IMG/VR virus record: IMGVR_UViG_3300030514_000001
Location: 64,001 to 128,000 of that record
Length of the DNA stretch: 64,000 nt
Direction: 5' to 3' (one strand)
Source: a virus
Taxonomy: Duplodnaviria; Heunggongvirae; Uroviricota; Caudoviricetes; Herelleviridae
Shown here: positions 28,269-37,977 of the stretch, piece by piece
Layout of the letters: each line of letters opens with the position of its first letter
How positions within the stretch are numbered: the stretch's first letter is position 1
The notes under the pieces: model-generated
The model's database searches: none
What the model saw: only the letters and a program-made list of their open reading frames with translations
What the model was told of the DNA's origin: nothing
Position numbers and translations under genes: made by a program

Positions 28269-28877
28269 CTATTTAGCCTCCTTAGTAATAACTTGTCCAT
28301 TTTCTTTTACTGGTGCCGCCTCATTAAATGCTTCTGTCATAGAAGTAAGTTGTTTTGGACGGTAGCAACGACTTTCCTGCTTGTTCTTCACTTGTTTCGT
28401 TTGTTCGATGCATTTCTTGAAATCTTTTTGTAAATCTTTGTATTTTACCAGCATAAGCTTAAATGGTTGCGTAGCTTCTTCGAAGTTCTTAGCTCCACGA
28501 CGCTCTTCTGCAATTAACCCTAATTTATCCCAGTTAGCTGCTTTCTCTTCTAGTGGTAAGTCCTTTAAGAACTCTGCACCGTGGTATAAGTCTTGACGTG
28601 CTTTATCTAAGCGACCTACATCGTCGTAGGCTTGGTTATGTGCTTTAGGGTAATCGATTAAAACCTTGCTCATAATTTCCATGTTAGCGATTACTTCTTC
28701 TGTAGAAGGGTATCCTAGTGTAATTCCTTCTTCTTCTAACCATACTTTACCTTCTGTAGTACTCACTTCATCATCTACTAGTTTAAAAGCTTCTTGTAAG
28801 CGCTCTTTCGCTGCTTTCGTCATTTTACCTGCTGTTACTACGTCTTTTAATAAATCTCTCACTTTTTTAAGTTCCAT
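28269..28877 (-). CDS. hypothetical helical protein
   Basis: 202-aa ORF with SD. Confidence 0.8.
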   Translation of the reverse strand: MELKKVRDLLKDVVTAGKMTKAAKERLQEAFKLVDDEVSTTEGKVWLEEEGITLGYPSTEEVIANMEIMSKVLIDYPKAHNQAYDDVGRLDKARQDLYHGAEFLKDLPLEEKAANWDKLGLIAEERRGAKNFEEATQPFKLMLVKYKDLQKDFKKCIEQTKQVKNKQESRCYRPKQLTSMTEAFNEAAPVKENGQVITKEAK

Positions 28878-29028
28878 TGTTATGTACCTCTTTCTATTAT
28901 TTTATTTTTCGTCTTCTATGTATGAATCGTGGTGTTTCTTTTATATAGTTACTTTCAACTTATCACCTCCTCTATGAATCTAATTCTATCATAGTATTCA
29001 CTAAAAGTAAACAACAATTTTCTACTTT

Positions 29029-29238
29029 TTATTCAAAGTACCAACCTGCATCTAAAAACTGTTCCTCCCATGTTTCAAAAGCCATCTTCAAGAAATCTTG
29101 TACCTCTTCTTCTGATGTACCGTCGATATTCGGGTCATAATCTAGCTGACCTAACGTGAAACTTTCTTCTCTATTAGCGCCGACGATTCCGATGTGATGA
29201 TGGAAAGTTACTCTTGTATCCACAGTATATTTACTCAT
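29029..29238 (-). CDS. hypothetical protein
   Basis: coupled ORF. Confidence 0.75.
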   Translation of the reverse strand: MSKYTVDTRVTFHHHIGIVGANREESFTLGQLDYDPNIDGTSEEEVQDFLKMAFETWEEQFLDAGWYFE

Positions 29239-29846
29239 TTACCTTCCTCCCCATTCAATTGTTTACCCATCGCAAGCAGCATATCCCTGAATACTGGTAA
29301 ATCTCCTCGATTGTCGTACCCCATAGAGTATGTGAAAATACGGGACTTTCCTAGATTGTGTGCTTGATATTGTCTGTATGCTTTTGCTTTGTCTAGGATA
29401 AAGAAGAACGCTACATCTTCCCATTCTTTTGTTTCGAAAGCAATATGTATATTATTAATTCCATGAGCTTTAATGTACGCTTCTTCATCATGGATATAAA
29501 CTTCTTCACCATATACATCTGTGATTAAACTGTACTCTACTTCTTCGTATGGTTTGATTTCGATAGGGCAATCTTCTCCATTACCATCGTAGTAATCCTC
29601 TACTAGTTCCTCTGGCTTCTCATACCACACTTCGTAGTCATCGTCCCATGTGTATCGCATATCTTCACCATCGTAGTAGTCTAATAGCTCGTCCACATAT
29701 GGAATGAATCCTTTTCGTTCTCTTTGTACGACATGGATAGCGTCACATGTGTAACGGTTATCTTCTGCGCCATCATAATGCTTGCTATTAAACTCTTTTA
29801 ACAACTCGACCTGCTTGTCCGTAAGTTCGAAAGTAATTTTAGTCAT
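29235..29846 (-). CDS. acidic hypothetical protein
   Basis: start MTKIT after GAGGAGGG SD. Confidence 0.8.
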   Translation of the reverse strand: MTKITFELTDKQVELLKEFNSKHYDGAEDNRYTCDAIHVVQRERKGFIPYVDELLDYYDGEDMRYTWDDDYEVWYEKPEELVEDYYDGNGEDCPIEIKPYEEVEYSLITDVYGEEVYIHDEEAYIKAHGINNIHIAFETKEWEDVAFFFILDKAKAYRQYQAHNLGKSRIFTYSMGYDNRGDLPVFRDMLLAMGKQLNGEEGK

Positions 29847-30150
29847 TCCAGATTCCCTCCTCATCATCTAACCATTCGGTTGCGGAATCATCGATTATAA
29901 CACCGCGTAGCGCTGCTTGCTCTACAAATTCTCTCCAAGAACAGCAACCACTCCATTCATCTCCGTAATTAATACCTACTAACTCTTTACCATCCACTTC
30001 AATACTCATCCATCCGCCTCTGTATCTACAATAGAAGTACTCGCCATATTTCGTCTTACCTTCGTACTGTGTAGGACAAGCAAAGCATGTCTGCGATACT
30101 TTATCTAACTTTACGAATCTTTTAAATTGAGTAAAATTTTTTGTAACCAT
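29839..30150 (-). CDS. hypothetical protein
   Basis: TCFACPTQYEG...YCRYRGG motif. Confidence 0.75.
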   Translation of the reverse strand: MVTKNFTQFKRFVKLDKVSQTCFACPTQYEGKTKYGEYFYCRYRGGWMSIEVDGKELVGINYGDEWSGCCSWREFVEQAALRGVIIDDSATEWLDDEEGIWND

Positions 30151-30416
30151 TATAACTCTCCCTCCCTATTTAAAATCTTCTCTACAGCGTTGTCAATCGC
30201 TTCTAGTAAATCTTCTACACTTTTAGCTTCACTTTCTCGTAAGTCCTTATGTAATAATGCAACTAAAGCTTTCGAAACGTTAGCGTAGTACCCAACTACT
30301 TTATAATCGTGACCTACAACCTCATTTTTCTTGTTCTTCTTCTCATACTTCTCATTGATGATAACGTTCATCGGGTCTGACGTAAGCTTGTACTTTTCTC
30401 CTACATAAATTTTCAT
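30150..30416 (-). CDS. hypothetical protein
   Basis: follows TTTACT-type promoter and AGGAGG SD. Confidence 0.8.
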   Translation of the reverse strand: MKIYVGEKYKLTSDPMNVIINEKYEKKNKKNEVVGHDYKVVGYYANVSKALVALLHKDLRESEAKSVEDLLEAIDNAVEKILNREGEL

Positions 30417-30485
30417 TTGTTATCTCCTCCTTGATTTAATATTACTACATTATTTACTAAAAGTAAACAACTTTCTTTAAAAATT

Positions 30486-30986
30486 TTAATCTACTTTTTT
30501 ATACACTCTAAAGCGGAATTTAGCGCCCATCTCTTCTATACCAGCTTTCGTTGCTGTTCGCTTATAGAAACGCTTATAAATATTTTTGTCGAACTCCGGG
30601 AAAAAGGAATCCGCATCATACTCTTTATCGATTTCCGTTATGTATAATCTATTAGCCATCGGCATAAACTGTTTGTAAATAGAATCTCCACCGATTACCA
30701 TTAGCTCTTTCTCGTCCTTGAAGTCGTTTAATACTTCGTGGATATTATGATATATGCGTACATCTTCGTGTAGTGGCTTGAAATCTTTGTTTCTAGTAAG
30801 CACAATGTTAACCCTACCCGGTAGGAACTTACCAATGGACAAATGCGTCTTACTACCCATAATCACAGGCTTACCCATCGTCTTTTCTTTAAACCAGTCA
30901 AAATCTTCTTTGCTGTGCCATAGCATCTGATTGTCTTTGCCAATCGCTCTATTAGACCCCATAGCCGCAATCATACTAATTATCAT
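30486..30986 (-). CDS. dfrA: dihydrofolate reductase
   Basis: ISMIAA..NRAIG, W...EDF..FK..T, VIMG, LPGRVNIVLT, IGG, DSFFP. Confidence 0.95.
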   Translation of the reverse strand: MIISMIAAMGSNRAIGKDNQMLWHSKEDFDWFKEKTMGKPVIMGSKTHLSIGKFLPGRVNIVLTRNKDFKPLHEDVRIYHNIHEVLNDFKDEKELMVIGGDSIYKQFMPMANRLYITEIDKEYDADSFFPEFDKNIYKRFYKRTATKAGIEEMGAKFRFRVYKKVD

Positions 30987-31782
30987 TCAACCATTCCCCT
31001 TTATCTCTAATTATTTTCCATTCTTCTCTTTTATTTATAGCGTCTTCCATCGTTCCAAAGAACTCTTCTCTACTTACCCCTTTGTACTGCATTCTTGCTC
31101 TCCACATATTGGTGTGTTTAGCGAAGTCTACTCCTGTATGACCTGACTTATTTTTAGGTAATTCTCTATTCACAACTTGGTCACTAGGGCTTGCATATCT
31201 TAAATTAGCCTCTCTATTATCTAATCCATTTCTATTTATATGGTCTACTGTGTGTCCTGTCGGTGGTTCACCATATAGGTGTTTGGCTATATACTGGTGC
31301 ATGTTAACCTGAACTCCATTATATTTCCCTCTAGCGTAGAATCTTTTTCCACCCTTAACCCTGTGCCACTTTATATGTTTCACTAGCTCGATTAGTTCAT
31401 CGTCAACAAGCGTAACGCCTACCAGAACTCCTTTTATGTCGTATAGCTCGATTTCTACATAACCATCTTTATGTGTTATTTTATTTTCTACTGGTCTAGC
31501 ATCTGTAGAACCTTTGCTTATCATTCTTTCATAGTGTTTCTTGCACAAGTCCATTTTTTCTCCAAATTTACTCGTTGTCATAATTACGCTATCTTTACTA
31601 TGTACACCACATACATCGCACGTTCTATCTTTCTTCATATCGTTTACGCTCTGTGTTCTCCCTTTGTTCTTTACTAGTTGGTAATGCTTCGAGCAGTACA
31701 CATGCTCATTTCCACTAACTTCTAGAGTGTACATCCACTTAAAATCATCAGATGTTCTTTCACACACTTCGCAAACCTTCAA
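30976..31782 (-). mobile_element. freestanding HNH homing endonuclease (two N-terminal Zn fingers, HNH, AP2-like C-terminus)
   Basis: CEVC..CSKH, CDVC..CKKH, VDHINRNGLDNREANLR, NKSGHTGV...WRA. Confidence 0.9.
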
Positions 31783-31832
31783 TATATTAACCTCCTATTT
31801 TTACCATGTGCAGCGATTAGCGATATAATCAA
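31779..31832 (-). pseudogene. orphan 5' fragment of dfr (MIISLIAAHGKNR+RLIY*)
   Basis: TTG start after GAAAGGAG SD; 10/13 aa identical to DHFR N-terminus; TGA overlaps HNH TTG. Confidence 0.8.
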
Positions 31833-31859
31833 TCTTTCATCTCTCCTTTCAATAATTTT

Positions 31860-31888
31860 ATAATACTAGCATATTTTCGAAAAGTCAA
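31860..31888 (-). promoter_or_regulatory. sigmaA-type promoter of the dfr locus
   Basis: TTGACT-17-TATTAT. Confidence 0.75.
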
Positions 31889-31906
31889 TAAAAAAAGACT
31901 ACTTTT

Positions 31907-32278
31907 TTAGTAGTCTCCAGAAATAATAAATCCTTCGAATCGATTCGTGTATACTGAGCTTTCTGCAATGAACTCCGAGAAGATGCGAAGCGCTGCATGG
32001 TACGTTTCTTCTTCCATTTCCTCATCAATTACTACAGCAAATGTAACGTCCTCGTCATCGGTATATACGTAATAGTTTAGACAATCCGCTTCTAGTTCTC
32101 CATTCTCATACGCGTGTTCCCATTCATTGAACTGTTCTACATTGATGTAGTTCTTTCCTCTAGCCCAGAACATAAAACTAGCTGCATTTACATACGAGTC
32201 AAATCGGTCAAAGAAACTTTCTCCCACTTCATGTTCGAAATCGATAATTGCGTCAAATACCTCTTGTGCAGTCATCAC
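31907..32278 (-). CDS. acidic hypothetical protein
   Basis: coupled ORF. Confidence 0.75.
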   Translation of the reverse strand: MMTAQEVFDAIIDFEHEVGESFFDRFDSYVNAASFMFWARGKNYINVEQFNEWEHAYENGELEADCLNYYVYTDDEDVTFAVVIDEEMEEETYHAALRIFSEFIAESSVYTNRFEGFIISGDY

Positions 32279-32484
32279 TCCGCCTCCTTGAAATATACAA
32301 TGTCATCGTACTTAATGTATGTATCATCAATTACAATAAAGTCCCCAAATCTCCATGTACCGTTAGCATCTGTTGAACCGATTACATTCGCCATAACCAG
32401 CGCCTCATGAAAACTATCCATTGTTGTTTGTTGTACTGTAACAGTTAGACAAGCGTTATTTCGTAAATATAGGTCTACTTTCAT
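32275..32484 (-). CDS. hypothetical protein
   Basis: ORF with SD. Confidence 0.7.
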   Translation of the reverse strand: MKVDLYLRNNACLTVTVQQTTMDSFHEALVMANVIGSTDANGTWRFGDFIVIDDTYIKYDDIVYFKEAE

Positions 32485-32486
32485 TA

Positions 32487-32753
32487 TTAATCCTCCAAAA
32501 TAATAAAGTCTGTGTTTTCTGTGTGGTCTAAATCGATTAACCCTTCGTTGAACAGGAAGCTAATAAAATCTTTATCTACATCTCCGAACTCATATAACTT
32601 TACATGTATACCGTCTTCGCCGTATTCATCCACTTTGTCGATTTTAGTAACACCTTTATTTATCATCTCATTATACACTGATTTTGGGTTGTAGTTCTCC
32701 ATAAAGTATCTTGCTGCTCCGTCTCCATCACCATAAACTAATAATAATTTCAT
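32487..32753 (-). CDS. hypothetical protein
   Basis: ORF with SD. Confidence 0.75.
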   Translation of the reverse strand: MKLLLVYGDGDGAARYFMENYNPKSVYNEMINKGVTKIDKVDEYGEDGIHVKLYEFGDVDKDFISFLFNEGLIDLDHTENTDFIILED

Positions 32754-33344
32754 TTAATTTTCCCCCTTGTATGTTTTTGCGTATATGTCTAGCATAACTG
32801 CATCTATTTTTCTATGTAAATCTTCGATTGTGCCGTCATTCACAATATCGTAATGTACTTCTTCATTCATAAGAGTAACTTCCGTTTCATGTAATAAGTC
32901 CTCTTCCTTGAAGTCATCACCAGCTTCTAATGAACGTTTAATTTGAAGCTCCTTAGGCGCTGATACACGAATGATAATGTATCCTTCCTCTCTTAGCCTT
33001 TGGAACTCGTTAGGCTGTCGTACTCCAGTGATAAGCGGTATAAACAACTTTTCATGTCTGTTAACAATACTCGTCCACTTCGCTCTGTGCTGTGAGTACT
33101 TAACCAATTTGAAGCACTTGTCAATCCACAGGTCTTCTCCATATACGTATCTCATAAGTTGTCCGTACATCTGATACCCTTTTCTCGGTTTAGGTTCTCG
33201 TGGTACATGTGGGTAAGTATGGTGGAAATCATCTTTCAATGAATCAGAGAAGTCGAAGGGTGAACAGTCGAACTTGTCCACCAAATAATTCTCCGCTTCC
33301 GTTTTCCCGACACGTAACCCTCCAGCTAGTGCCAGTTTAATCAT
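32754..33344 (-). CDS. deoxynucleoside monophosphate kinase
   Basis: N-terminal P-loop GGLRVGKT, FSDSLK, R..YQ.YG..MR, ITGVRQPNE, HETE, IVNDGT. Confidence 0.85.
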   Translation of the reverse strand: MIKLALAGGLRVGKTEAENYLVDKFDCSPFDFSDSLKDDFHHTYPHVPREPKPRKGYQMYGQLMRYVYGEDLWIDKCFKLVKYSQHRAKWTSIVNRHEKLFIPLITGVRQPNEFQRLREEGYIIIRVSAPKELQIKRSLEAGDDFKEEDLLHETEVTLMNEEVHYDIVNDGTIEDLHRKIDAVMLDIYAKTYKGEN

Positions 33345-33500
33345 TCACAATCCCCTTTTCGTATTTTTCTACCGTTTTATGAAAATCTTTCAAGAACATT
33401 GACACATGTTTAGGGTTTGTTTTCTTATTTCCCTTCTCATCTGTCTCTGTCCGGCGCATTAACCATGCAGGCATACTTAAAATCTCTCGCTCAAATTCTG

Positions 33501-34394
33501 TCATTTAGTTTCCTCCTTTAGACCTACAGATACTTTTCCTTTGATTGCCTTGTGCGGTTTGTAGTCTAGTAATAGGAAATCGTCCATCTCGTAATCTTCA
33601 ATTCTATCATGTTTCTTAAGAATATGAAGCTCCGGTAATGGTAATGGTTCTCGCGACATCTGCTCCTCAATCTGCTTTAAGTGGTTTAAGTATAAATGTA
33701 TATCGCCACCACTGTAAATAAGTTCTCCTACTTCTAAGTCGCACATCTTCGCAACTACATGTGTAGCTAATGCATAACTAGCGATATTGAACGGTAGTCC
33801 TAAAAATACGTCTGACGAGCGCATGATGAACTTACATGATAATTTACCATCATTCACATAAAACTGGAACGCTACATGACACGGAGGTAACGCGACGCTA
33901 CCGAATGTACTTGGATTCCACGCTGAGATATACAATCGTCGAGACTCTGGGTTACTCTTAATCTCTTGAATAACATCATTTAACTGGTCAATACCTTCCC
34001 CGTTCCAGTTACGCCATTGCGCTCCGTAGATGTTACCTAAATCGAATCCCCCAGCCTTTGCTCTTGCAAGGAACTCGTCTTTACTTAATTCGCCACCATT
34101 TTCTAAATACCATCGGTACGCGTCATCATCCCAAATGTGATTGTCATTTAATAGCAAGTATTTTAGGTCTGTTAATCCTTTAGCGAACCACAGAAACTCC
34201 GAAGCTACTAAACGGAATGGAACGAATTTAGTTGTCAACATTGGGAAACCTTCTTGCAAATTAAATCTCATCTCCCCACCGAATACTGACAATGTTCCCG
34301 TTCCAGTTCGGTCACCTCGTTTATTACCTGTTTCTTTTACTCTTTTTGCTAACTCTATGTATTGTGGGTCTACGTTATTAATTATGTTACTCAT
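33501..34394 (-). CDS. thyA: thymidylate synthase
   Basis: DRTGTGT, FPMLTTK, YGAQWR, SRR, LPPCH, RSSDVFLGLPFNIASY, HLYLNH; uninterrupted. Confidence 0.97.
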   Translation of the reverse strand: MSNIINNVDPQYIELAKRVKETGNKRGDRTGTGTLSVFGGEMRFNLQEGFPMLTTKFVPFRLVASEFLWFAKGLTDLKYLLLNDNHIWDDDAYRWYLENGGELSKDEFLARAKAGGFDLGNIYGAQWRNWNGEGIDQLNDVIQEIKSNPESRRLYISAWNPSTFGSVALPPCHVAFQFYVNDGKLSCKFIMRSSDVFLGLPFNIASYALATHVVAKMCDLEVGELIYSGGDIHLYLNHLKQIEEQMSREPLPLPELHILKKHDRIEDYEMDDFLLLDYKPHKAIKGKVSVGLKEETK

Positions 34395-34400
34395 TATGTA

Positions 34401-34637
34401 TTAATCTCCTCTTCTCTTTGAATGCTCATCTTGAAACTCTTTAATCCATGCTGGGATTCCAGCATCATCTCGGAGTTCGTAATGTCCTGTTGTTTCTTTA
34501 CATTTAGGACAGTACATGTGTTTTAAATGCTGCTTTTGTTTCATTTTACTTCTTTTTCTCCACAGCATCGTTACATTGCCACACACCTCGCATTCTAAAT
34601 GAGTAGAGGCTGTGACAGTTTTAGCACCAACAGCCAT
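34401..34637 (-). CDS. zinc-ribbon protein resembling ribosomal protein bL33
   Basis: LECEVCG...YCPKCKETTGHYE; start MAVGA after AGGAGGTGA. Confidence 0.65.
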   Translation of the reverse strand: MAVGAKTVTASTHLECEVCGNVTMLWRKRSKMKQKQHLKHMYCPKCKETTGHYELRDDAGIPAWIKEFQDEHSKRRGD

Positions 34638-34687
34638 ATCTTTCACCTCCTTCTTAAACCTTATTATACTGTGTTGTTTACTTAAAG

Positions 34688-36106
34688 TCAAGCACTTTTA
34701 TATTCTAAATCATGTTTTTTAGCAAATCTAGTAAGAGCCTGTTTTTCCTCTACTGTAGCGGCTCTATTAGCGAACCCTCTAGCTTGTACAATTTTATTAC
34801 CGCGAATCTCTACGGTTACTAATGGCTTGTCCAACTCTTCGTTGGAACGTAGGAATACAATAATTGTATCGCCCTTCGCCACTTTAGGTGCATAGCTCGC
34901 CACGCAATGATGTTGAGCATTACCTTCTGTAGCAATGTCTTTCATCTCTTTTGGAACCAGTACGCTGTAACCTCTCATCTTAGTTTCGTATTTTTGGAAG
35001 TATTCTTTCTGTTCATCAAATCGTTTCTTCGTCATTTCATCTTCTACCAACTTATAATTTCTAGCGGTAATGTCGTGACATAGTTTGAGTGAACGTGGAT
35101 ACTTATCGAAATCCTCATGACCTAGTAATAGGCTTGTCTCGTAATAATCTTTGTATTGCCCTACTGCTTCATGGAACTCCATACCTTGTGTGACTAAAGC
35201 TCCGAACAGTAAGTATTCTACTAATCTATGTATGTTTTTGATGTTGTTTCTAGGTCTTAATACAAACCCCCAGAACATATGTCCTTTGTAATGTCTTATG
35301 TCATTTCTATTGCACTTAAGTATTTCTAAATAATCACTTACATCAGAATGACGAGTAAACTGCGTTAATCGGTTCTCTAGATTGTATTCAGCCTCTAGTT
35401 CTTTTATGTAAGCGATAACACCTCTATATGTATCTAAATCCCTTTGCGTTGCATGCGCTATGTTATGTACTGCACTCATAAAATCATCTGTATCTGTGGT
35501 ATACTCACTGATGAATTTCAATTGAGCTTTCGTTACTCCGAATATCTGATGTAACTTCGTCTTTCCTTCTTCCATACTAGCGTTATACACTTTATTTCTA
35601 AAAGAAGAGTTAGACATAGCCTTTACATCGATACCAGACTTGTAAATTAACTCCAACTTATTATAGCTGGTCATGAGTCGGATAAGCGCCCGAGATGACA
35701 TATTAATTATCTCTTCTCCTAAAGAGCCGATTACAGTAACCATCTTCGCGTACATCCCCTTATTCTCTTCCACAGATACCATATCGAAGAAAATAGATAC
35801 ATTGTCGCTGTTATAGAAACTATCTTTGTACCAACCATCTTTTCGTCTTGGTACTACTAAATCTACGTTATGTATATTAAACTTTACTTCTCTACCATTT
35901 CTTTTTATGTAATATTTCTTGTTTCGTAAATCGTACAACATCTCCGTTAAAACTAGATTCCCATTGTCATTTTGGTACGTTGCGTAAAAATGAAAGGAAT
36001 ATCCTGTCTTCTCAATCATATAATAGGCTACATGACCGATAGTTTGTGTTAATTCCAATTCCCCATTTTTAATCTTGTCTAGCACTTCGTTTGTCTCTTT
36101 ACTCAC
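34688..36106 (-). CDS. PcfJ-like protein
   Basis: C-terminal YPRSLKLCHD...EGNAQHHCVASY...IVFLR...VTVEI...QARGFAN. Confidence 0.85.
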   Translation of the reverse strand: MSKETNEVLDKIKNGELELTQTIGHVAYYMIEKTGYSFHFYATYQNDNGNLVLTEMLYDLRNKKYYIKRNGREVKFNIHNVDLVVPRRKDGWYKDSFYNSDNVSIFFDMVSVEENKGMYAKMVTVIGSLGEEIINMSSRALIRLMTSYNKLELIYKSGIDVKAMSNSSFRNKVYNASMEEGKTKLHQIFGVTKAQLKFISEYTTDTDDFMSAVHNIAHATQRDLDTYRGVIAYIKELEAEYNLENRLTQFTRHSDVSDYLEILKCNRNDIRHYKGHMFWGFVLRPRNNIKNIHRLVEYLLFGALVTQGMEFHEAVGQYKDYYETSLLLGHEDFDKYPRSLKLCHDITARNYKLVEDEMTKKRFDEQKEYFQKYETKMRGYSVLVPKEMKDIATEGNAQHHCVASYAPKVAKGDTIIVFLRSNEELDKPLVTVEIRGNKIVQARGFANRAATVEEKQALTRFAKKHDLEYKSA

Positions 36107-36196
36107 TCTATTCCTCCTCTTGTTATTTACTAACTGTTAACTACAAATCTATCATATCACAATAAAAAAAGAGAGTCAATAGACTCTCCTAAAAAA

Positions 36197-37102
36197 TTAC
36201 TGATTATTTTCAAGGTATAGATGGTAGTTCCAAGCAGCCATTAAGCCACGGTCTGTCAACTCTAGTACTTCGTTCTTATCCGCTTCTTTAACGTGGATTA
36301 GGTAAGCTCGAATTAACGCAAAGTCATCTTCTGATAACTCTTTTACGGATGCTCCAAGCTTTTCGTTACCGAAGTATTCTGAGATAACGCGTTCTAACTC
36401 GTCAACATCGCTTTCGATATAAGATAGGATAGAATCTACAGCGTCGTAAACGTCTTCTTCTTCCATATTTTTATATTGGCAAGCTAGACAATTGCAAGAC
36501 TCTTCCTCTTCTTCTTCCTCTTCTTCTTCATACTCTTCTTCATACTCTTCTTCATACTCTTCTTCATACTCTTCTTCATACTCTTCGTAATCATCGTCTT
36601 GCTCTTCGTACTCCGAATCTGAGTAATCTTGGTGTTTTTCTTCTTCAAAATCGAACGAGAACCCTTCGTCACCCATCTCGATTCTAACAGAACCTCCTTT
36701 AACTGTTAGCTTAAACTTAACAATCGCACCGTTTTTAACCCCACCAGCGATAGTTCCGCCTCCACCTTTGCGTTTGATATCGTTAATTGTATCGATTAAT
36801 AGTTGGCGGTAGTTCGTTCTGATGTCTCCTGCGTAATCAAACTCGTCCATAAATTCATCAACGAACTCATCAAATGTCTGCTTGCGTTCCTCTTCTACTA
36901 CTTCTGCTTGTTCACTCTTTGGAATAGCTGTATCAAAAGCTTCGTTTAAGTTAAATGCGATAGTACTGAATCGGTCACGAACTCGCTCTTTACCTGATTC
37001 CGTTTCAACATCAAGTCCGTTAGCTACCTCTTCTACTAACCCCATAATTTTAGTTTGTGCAATCACCAATCGATTTAAGAATAATTCTTTTTTGTTAGAC
37101 AT
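36197..37102 (-). CDS. highly acidic protein with (EEEY)n tract and CNCLAC
   Basis: translation. Confidence 0.85.
   Translation of the reverse strand: MSNKKELFLNRLVIAQTKIMGLVEEVANGLDVETESGKERVRDRFSTIAFNLNEAFDTAIPKSEQAEVVEEERKQTFDEFVDEFMDEFDYAGDIRTNYRQLLIDTINDIKRKGGGGTIAGGVKNGAIVKFKLTVKGGSVRIEMGDEGFSFDFEEEKHQDYSDSEYEEQDDDYEEYEEEYEEEYEEEYEEEYEEEEEEEEEESCNCLACQYKNMEEEDVYDAVDSILSYIESDVDELERVISEYFGNEKLGASVKELSEDDFALIRAYLIHVKEADKNEVLELTDRGLMAAWNYHLYLENNQ
36523..36586. repeat. 12-bp tandem repeat CATACTCTTCTT x~5
   Basis: perfect units encoding EEEY. Confidence 0.9.
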
Positions 37103-37124
37103 ATTATATTTTCCTCCTAATATT

Positions 37125-37841
37125 TTAATCTTCTGTTTTATATGTACCTAGCTTGTCCGCAAATGTAGAGAACTCACCACGATAGTTTTTCGTTAAGTCC
37201 GCGAACTCAACACCTTCAAACTCCCCACTTAATTTACCTTGTTTAAAATGGTGAATTAGCGCTGAAAACCCAGAATCCTTTTGTTTAATGTCAATTTGTC
37301 CTGTATGACCAATCATTGCTATATAACAGCTATCTGTGCAGCGTGTTAATGTTTTCTTAATCTCGTCTATCGTTCCGTTTTGTATCTCATCTATGATGAT
37401 ACCTGCATTTTCTATTGTTCTACCTCGCAAGAATGTATGCGGAACAACTTTGAACTCGAAATCATTGAACGAACTTGTCATCAGTTCCAGATTTAAGTAC
37501 TGCGGATTTACTCCAGCTTCCGTAAGAGCCTGATAAAATGGAACTGCATACTCTCCTATCTTATCGGCAATACCTCCCGGCAAATACCCTACCGAGCGTT
37601 CCTGCACTGGGAATACAACGTAATAAATTTTATTTATGTACTCTTTCTTTTTTAAAGCGTTCATAGCCTGTGTTAATACAGTTGTCTTTCCTGTACCAGC
37701 CTTCGCGTTTGCAACAATACGTTTCGCTTTATACAGTTTCTCAACCATATTTTCTTGCTCTCTATCTAATTTCTTTATGTATGGGAAATCCTTTTCGCTT
37801 AGTTTACTCAACGTAAGTCGTTCTTGCTTCGCCATAAACAT
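37125..37841 (-). CDS. phoH: PhoH-family ATPase
   Basis: AKAGTGKT, GYLPGG..DK, FLRGRTI, IIDEIQN, G..GQID. Confidence 0.93.
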   Translation of the reverse strand: MFMAKQERLTLSKLSEKDFPYIKKLDREQENMVEKLYKAKRIVANAKAGTGKTTVLTQAMNALKKKEYINKIYYVVFPVQERSVGYLPGGIADKIGEYAVPFYQALTEAGVNPQYLNLELMTSSFNDFEFKVVPHTFLRGRTIENAGIIIDEIQNGTIDEIKKTLTRCTDSCYIAMIGHTGQIDIKQKDSGFSALIHHFKQGKLSGEFEGVEFADLTKNYRGEFSTFADKLGTYKTED

Positions 37842-37977
37842 TCTCCTTTAGATTTATTGAACTCCTTACTTTTATTATATCATATTCCCGTTCGTAGCGG
37901 TTCCTCCTCTCTCTTATACACTTATAGTACACTAGTAATTACGTAAAGTCAACAAGTAAAATAAAAAAACTACTAAA

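Noticed and set aside
30976..31832. Group I intron in dfr
   Set aside because: Interval is fully coding with no room for a ribozyme core, and the downstream dfr has its own complete N-terminus
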